Shown: in pieces, positions 58,038-64,000 of the stretch | Layout of the letters: every line of letters starts with the position of its first letter | Numbering within the stretch: the first letter of the stretch is position 1 | NCBI GenBank assembly: GCA_004431415.1 | Contig: QPMI01000122.1 | Span: 1 to 64,000, forward strand | Source: Cyanophora paradoxa CCMP329 | Taxonomy: Eukaryota > Plantae > Glaucophyta | Direction of reading: 5' to 3' | Length of the DNA stretch: 64,000 nucleotides | Position numbers and translations under genes: made by a program | The notes under the pieces: model-generated | Databases searched by the model: none | What the model was told of the DNA's origin: nothing | Seen by the model: only the letters and a program-made list of their open reading frames with translations

Positions 58038-61000
58038 ATGAGACTGGGCTCGGATCCCGGCTCGGATGGCGAGGAGAGGCCAAAGGTGTGGCTCGGAGCG
58101 AGCGATCTGCCCGAGAGGGTGTGAGCGCTTGCGTTCATGCTTATGACGTCGCTACTTCCACGCAGAACGGCCGCGGGAGCACAGCGAAGGGAGCTGACAA
58201 GCGCGGGTCGAAGGCGGGCGGGTCCGAAGATGAGCCAATCTATGAGATCGAGCGCATTGTGGACGTGAAAAAAGTCAAGGTTTGCATCCGAGTAGCCTGC
58301 CGCCCCGGCGTCGTTTGCGCCGCTACTTTTGATCCCGTCATCGCTGATGCCGAGCACAGGGCCGAAAGAAGTATCTCGTGAAGTGGGAGGGCTACCCCGA
58401 AGAGGAGAACACGTGGGAGCCCGAGTCGAACCTGAAGAGCTGCCAATTCTGGATCGATCAGTTCGAGCGGGAACGCAAGGAGGAGAAGGCGGCCGAGAAG
58501 GCCGAGAAGACGGCAGGGAAGGGCGCGAAGGCCAAGCCGGGGAAGGGAGGCAGCAAGCGCGCGCTCAGAAGCGCGGAGGAAAGCTCCTCAAGCAGCGAGG
58601 ACGAATCGAAGGCGACCGCTCGCAAGGAAGGCGCCTCCGCTGTTGCGCGGGCCGCTTCCCGGGCGGCCCCCGCGGCTCCCCCCATGGCCTCCCTCGGAAA
58701 GGCAAGAGGGACGAAGCCAGGGCCGCTGCCGGACCAGCGCGGCGGCAAGCGGCGGAAGACGGGGGAGCGCGGGGCGGAGGCGCGGCCGGGGGCGATGGCG
58801 GACGCGGAGATGCGCGACGCGGCGGCCCCCGAGGAGGAATTCACGCCCGCCCCGCCGGCCCACGCCCCCGCCGCCCCCGAGCCCGCCCTGGCCCCGGCGC
58901 CCGCTCAGGCCCCCGCCTCCTCGGCCCCCGCCGCCCCCTCCACACCCGCGATTCCCGCCCCTGCAGCCCCCGTCACTTCCTCCGCCTCAAGGAGGGCTCG
59001 AGCCCGAAAGTCGGCTGGTCTCGCCCCTCAATCCGATCCCGGCCCCTCCGCCCCGGCCCCGGCCGCCCTCGGCGAGGGCGCCTCCGACGCCCTGAGGACG
59101 GCGAGCGGCTCGCGGGTGCGCGCCGGCGCCGCGGGGCGGGGCCCGGGGCGCCCCGAGACTGACCGCCTCGCCGGCGCGCAGGTGAGCTTCGGGGAGCAGA
59201 CGCGCGTGCGGGAGGTGGACGAGAGCGGCAAGGTCGTGGGCGAGTCGAACATGCCCCTCGAGCGCAACAGCTCCATGCCTCAGCCGCAGGCGCAGCCGCA
59301 GCAGCAGCGGGCGGCGGCGGAGCCGCCCCCCGCGCCGTTGGTTGACATGGAAAAGATCATGGCAGGCGCATCGGCCATTCTGGACGGCGTCTTCCCGGGG
59401 GCGCGCGCGGAGGAGGAGGGCAGCCTGGAGCCTGCGGGGAGCGTGGGCGTGATGATCGACAAGGGCAAGTCCCCACGGCCGGCGGGGGACAAACCCGCCC
59501 GCGGAGGGGACGTCGTCTTCGACGCGACTGCGGCCGACGGCGCCCCGGAGCCGCACTCGGTCAGCAGCGCCAGCCTCGAGAAGTCGAACAACACGCGCTC
59601 GACCTCCGTCCAGGCGGCACCCACCTTCGAACACCCCGTGCGCGCCGCGCTGCGCCAAGCCGCTCGCCAACTGGGCGGCGTGCCGAGGGGGGCTGGGCCG
59701 TGCGCAGGAGCTGGGGAAGGACGCGAGGATCACGGAGATCGTGACGGCGCGCAAGGGGCCCGACGGCACCATCAACCTCGTCGTCAAGCTCGCGGGGGCC
59801 GACGGCAACGTCCGCCAGGAGACCATCCCTTCCTCCAGCGTCGCCCAGGCTCGTCCGCAGCGCCCGCCGCCCCGCCCCCGCCCTGACGCCCCCGTGCAGA
59901 AGGACCCGTTGAAGGTGATCGCGTACTACGAGTCCAAGCTGCACCTCCGCCCCCATGCGGGCGCCCCCGCCCCCGCCGCGGCTCCCCGCGCCCCCGCACC
60001 GCCCGCCCCGCCGGCGACTGGCGCGAAGGAAGACAAGGAGATACAGACGGCTGCGGGGGCGGAGAAGAGGGCCGGCGAGGCTCTGGCGAGCGCTTGGCGG
60101 TTCGCCGGCCCCGCACCGCCCTCCGGGTCGCCATCCGTTCCGGCGGACGAGACGTCCCAGCAGCCGGCGACCGCGGCCCCGTCGCCGCTCCCGGCGCCCG
60201 CGCTGTCTCCCGGCGGCTCCGCTGCCGAGGACTCCGTGGCGACCGCGGGGCGGCTGCAGGACGGCACGCGGGTCACGTACGCCACCGCAGCGCAAATCAT
60301 TTTGCGGGAGCAGCGGCAGCCGCTGCACTACAAGGAGATTGCCAAGGTGACTGGCGCTTGCGTCTGACCTTCTTCTTGGAAGGGCGCTCACGGTCCTACC
60401 AGCTCGCGGCGAAGCAGGGTCTGCTGCCCGACAAGGCCTCCCTCGAGACGTCCATGTTCGGTGCGCGGCGCCGGGCCCCGCCGCCTCGCTGCAGCGACCG
60501 ACGCGCTTCTAGCTTCCATCAATGGCGACATCGGCAAACAACAGGATAGGAGTGTGTACGTCCGGGTACGTGGCTCGGGAACAGGGCGTTGGGGCCCGCC
60601 CGACGCGCCGGCGCAGTATGGGCCCGGGACGTTTGCGCTGAAGGAGTGGAATCTTCCTGCACTGGACCCGTCAGCAGCTGGGTCTTCGAGCGTGGGGTCG
60701 TCGCCGGGGGGCGGCGGGGGCCGTCCGGCGGACAGGGAGGAGGAGGAGCTCCGGCGCAGGCTGGAGGCGGCGGAGGGCCGCGCCGCGCGCCTCGCCCGCG
60801 AGCTGGAGGCGGAGCGGGGCAAGACGTGCACCCCGCCCGCCATCGCCCGGCCGCCGCGGGGCGCGCGGCCTGATCCCCGCAGGACGGACCAGGGGGAGAA
60901 GATCCGGGCGACAAAGCTCGCCATCAGCAGAGCGACGTGCGCCCGCCGCGCGGCGCCCCCGCCGATAGCCCGCCGGCGACCGACGCCGGGGGCAGGGGCG

Positions 61001-61369
61001 AGAGCGACGAGCTCAGGCTCCAGCTCGAGGAGGCGAGGGACGAGGCCCGGAGGGCGAGGCAGGAGGCGGCGGCTCTCGGCCAGCAGCTCGAGGAGGAGAG
61101 GAAGAAGTCGTGCGCCCCTGGCGCCCGCCTGCTGCCGGGCGAGGGCCGCCTGACCCCTCTCCAGATCGGAGCTCGAGACGCGCGTCGTCGAGCTTACTGC
61201 GAGGTGCGCTGGCCACGCGCCGCTCCTGGAAACGGAGCTCGTCGAGCTCCCAGCCAATTGGCAACGCAGGGATGTGAACGAGGATTTGAAGCGCCGATTC
61301 GAAGAGCTGGCGAGGGACTTCGCACATTACCGCCACCGCTACGAAGGGGCCCCTGACCTCCCTGGCTGA
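58038..61369 (+). CDS. HP1-like protein: chromodomain + chromoshadow-like domain + HARE-HTH + coiled coil
   Basis: IYEIERIVDVKKVK|GRKKYLVKWEGYPEEENTWEPESNL (chromo); ITEIVTARKGPDGTINLVVK...SVAQ|KDPLKVIAYYESKL (chromoshadow); TYATAAQIILREQRQPLHYKEIAK|LAAKQGLL...ASINGDI...|YGPGTFALKEW (HARE-HTH). TGA 61367-61369. Confidence 0.85.
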
Positions 61370-62706
61370 TCCGTGCCCCTTGGCCTCATGCCTGGCGCCT
61401 TCTGCGCATCCACTCATCAGACGGCGAGCTCCAGTGCTGGAAATCTTGAAGGCCACGGCTTTCCAGCTATATTTGAAGTCATGGGCGTACTAGGGTACTC
61501 TGAGAATAACTTGCAATTGAGCATGCTGCATGTTCTTGGACTCTAGATCTGGGACTCTAGCGTGACAGTCCGACGGTCTAGCGGCTAGCCATATCATAGT
61601 ATTATCTACGTATACAGCCAGCGCTATTGAATCGTGTAAGTCTCGAGCTCGCGTGTAACTTAGTAACTCAACTTGCAACTTTTTTTTGTTTTGATGCGCA
61701 TGCCGCAGTGCATATGCATGCATGTGCACGTACAGTGATCGTTAACTTTTAATTTATTTTGTGATCGCCGAGTCGGGCGGCGCCATGCGTGCTACGTTGC
61801 AAGTACTAGTTGTGGCCCGGCCGCGGCCCCCGGCCCAGTGGTACCCAAGACACTGACACGCGCCATTCCCCCCTGCTCCGATAATCGAGTCTCGATGCGA
61901 CGCCGTGACGCAAACTCTCAGGAGCGCCTTTTTAATTTTCCGGCGCCCGGTACAACATCATGGCATGTACGTATCAGTGTTTGTGAAAGTTTACTCCCCG
62001 CCGGCACCCTGAAAGCTTTCATGAAAGCTTTCTGAATTCGAAAGCTTTCTGAAAGGATTGCTCCCATCATGGCATACAAGGAAACCTTGCCCAGCGAAAC
62101 CGGAAATATTCTGTTTCAAGCAAGCGTCCAGACACAAGTCTATGCTTTCCAATGTCATCTCCAACTGCAATCTGAAAGCCCGCATGGCCCTGTTGCGCCA
62201 AGTTTCAGTGGAAGAGGGGGTACAGCTCCGGAGGCGGCCAGGCGCCACCTTCGAATTCCCCAGCGGCCCCCGCCCTTCCACAATGTCATGCAACCGTTTT
62301 CCCCGTATGGCATTATGCTTTGTTGCACTCTCAGAGTCTAGCTTGCTCAAATCCGTCGTTTTCCGCATGAAACTCCGTCGGAAGCCTTGAAGGCCTGCTG
62401 TAGGGGGCCCCTGCATTTTTTTCCGCCGCTCGCAGCGGCTACGATGCGATATCGATCACACCTATACGAGGGCGCATGCAAAGAATCGCATCTTACAAAA
62501 ATTGCTAACACAGAAAGTACGCTGCACCAATTCACCAGGGCAGCAACTTGGCAAAAGAGGGGGTACCCCCCTTGCAATCAATATCTACATTTGATTTCAT
62601 GTTCAAAATCTATATCGATATCGACTATATAGCTATGCGCCAGGTTATAATAAGACGATTTTACACGTTGCAGAACGATGAATGCACCATTGCAACTAAT
62701 TCAGAT

Positions 62707-64000
62707 CTAGAGCTTCACTTGCAAGATCTGACCAAGACTTGAAATTTGGAATGCCCGTCCTGTTTTATCGCTATTCGTGGACTGAATGCGCACGAAGAAT
62801 TTTTCACTGTCGGAAATGCCGAATGTAAGGTCGTAGCTGAGCTCGCTCAACGTCTTGTCAACCAGAGCTCCGAGAAGCTGGTTGCTGATGAAGTTCAGAA
62901 CCGGTCCATCAGTAATCTGCAGCCCGCCCCATCAATCAGCAGCGGCCAGGCTGCATGCATGTTTAAGGAGTGCACCTCATCCATTGGGGCGATAGTGTTG
63001 ATGGTTTCGAGAGTGTTGGCTATGGTTCCAGCCATCTGCTGGGCCGTGCTGAGATCTGCATAATGCAAAAGCATAAGCACCTGCACATTGACCTTTGTCC
63101 ATGCAGGCACGTACTTGAGCCGAGGCCAACCAGCCCCTCGAGGCGTTGCTGGCGCATCCCCAGACGCCACCAGTCGCCAATGCCGAATACGGCGTACCGC
63201 TCAGTGTGCGGCTGAATCGTCCCGTACTGCCTCTCAATCTCGACAATCTGCGCAATGCCGTTCAGGCCCCCAAATCCACCAATTGCGATCGCGCTAGCTC
63301 GAGAACAAACCTTTCCCACATCGACGAAACTCAGGACGGAAGCGAGAGGCTTCAGGATCTTGACATTGCCGATCGCTTCGAATTCCCGGACAGATCCCTC
63401 TGCCTTCAGCACGCGGTGCGTGGAGAGCCCGTTTTCCCCGCTGTAGTTCTCTTTGAACTTGAGGTGATTGACGATCCCGTTCAGCGTGAATGCGGCCTGC
63501 GATCGTGAGGATCTCAGCGTGATCCGACGTCGACGAGCCACGGTTCAAATTGCGCGGTGGCTCACCATGGCCAACTGAATGGCCTGAGCTGAGCTGAGCG
63601 GCGCTGAGCCGAATGGCCAACGAATTGCGGCTTAGCTGAAAGAGTCCAACAGCGTTGTCTTGTGCTTCTGGAGTGCACTGAGGGCTGCATAGTTGGACCT
63701 CCCACCGGACCTCAGCCAACTCAGTTGAACTCACCTGAGCTGGGGGTACTTGACCAGGTCAATCGACCCAGTGGGGGAACGTGAAGCTGAGGCGATGGAG
63801 AGTCTAAAGTGCGGCCAGGTGACAGTCAGCTCGAGTGGGAGCTTAAGGCCTCGGCCGCCCTGCCCGGCTACTGCGGCGTCAGCTTTCGAGGCCACCGGCG
63901 TCAGCTGAGAGTCAGCCTGAAGCCGGAAATCGGAGTACAAAGAGCACAGAGACTCGTCAGACTCTCATTTGCAAATAGTGCACGTTGAGCCATCCGCAGG
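62707..64000 (-). CDS. 3' end of a multi-exon gene (partial), weakly reminiscent of the BLTP1/KIAA1109/Csf1 C-terminus
   Basis: Exons with GT-AG introns encode ...REFEAIGNVKILKPLASVLSF..., RLKYVPAWTKVNVQ|ADL and ITDGPVLNFISNQLLG. The last exon end is uncertain. Confidence 0.45.

Noticed and set aside
1-64000. rRNA, tRNA, viral or prokaryotic operon features; introner elements
   Set aside because: None recognised. Repeated introns occur only as part of duplicated exon blocks, not at unrelated sites.

Overview
This is a gene-dense, very GC-rich eukaryotic nuclear window with many short spliceosomal introns (about 45-100 nt). The six-frame ORF track is therefore mostly exon fragments and GC-driven shadow ORFs. 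I rebuilt gene models by hand from splice signals: donors GTGCG/GTCCG and often GC after exonic AG, branch points CTGAC/CTGAG/CCGAC, acceptors CAG and occasionally AAG/TAG. Two genes start with Phe-motif plastid transit peptides (MSVAF..., MPSSTAF...). Together with intron density and GC content this suggests a glaucophyte-type alga such as Cyanophora (inference). More than half the window (9725-44956, minus strand) is one giant multi-exon gene for a predicted secreted protein of roughly 9,500-10,000 aa. Its architecture is: signal peptide, ~6 'C..RLRRG..C' modules, ~52 FN3/bacterial-Ig-like modules in two different 1,092-bp higher-order tandem arrays split by a divergent spacer with RRLL-type motifs, ~25 more 'RLRRG' modules, ~9 IPT/TIG domains and a DUF1565-like end. 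It lies head-to-head with a MIR-less protein O-mannosyltransferase. Other genes: DUF3605/Gig1-like, coiled-coil, EF-hand-like, glycyl-tRNA synthetase, a cyanobacteria-like plastid-targeted protein, GT61 glycosyltransferase, Sororin-like, ZIP/ZupT transporter, an HP1-like chromo+chromoshadow protein with an extra HARE-HTH domain, and a partial gene at each window edge. Scattered 1-bp deletions in G/C runs look like long-read assembly errors. All family assignments come from motif recognition; no searches were run.
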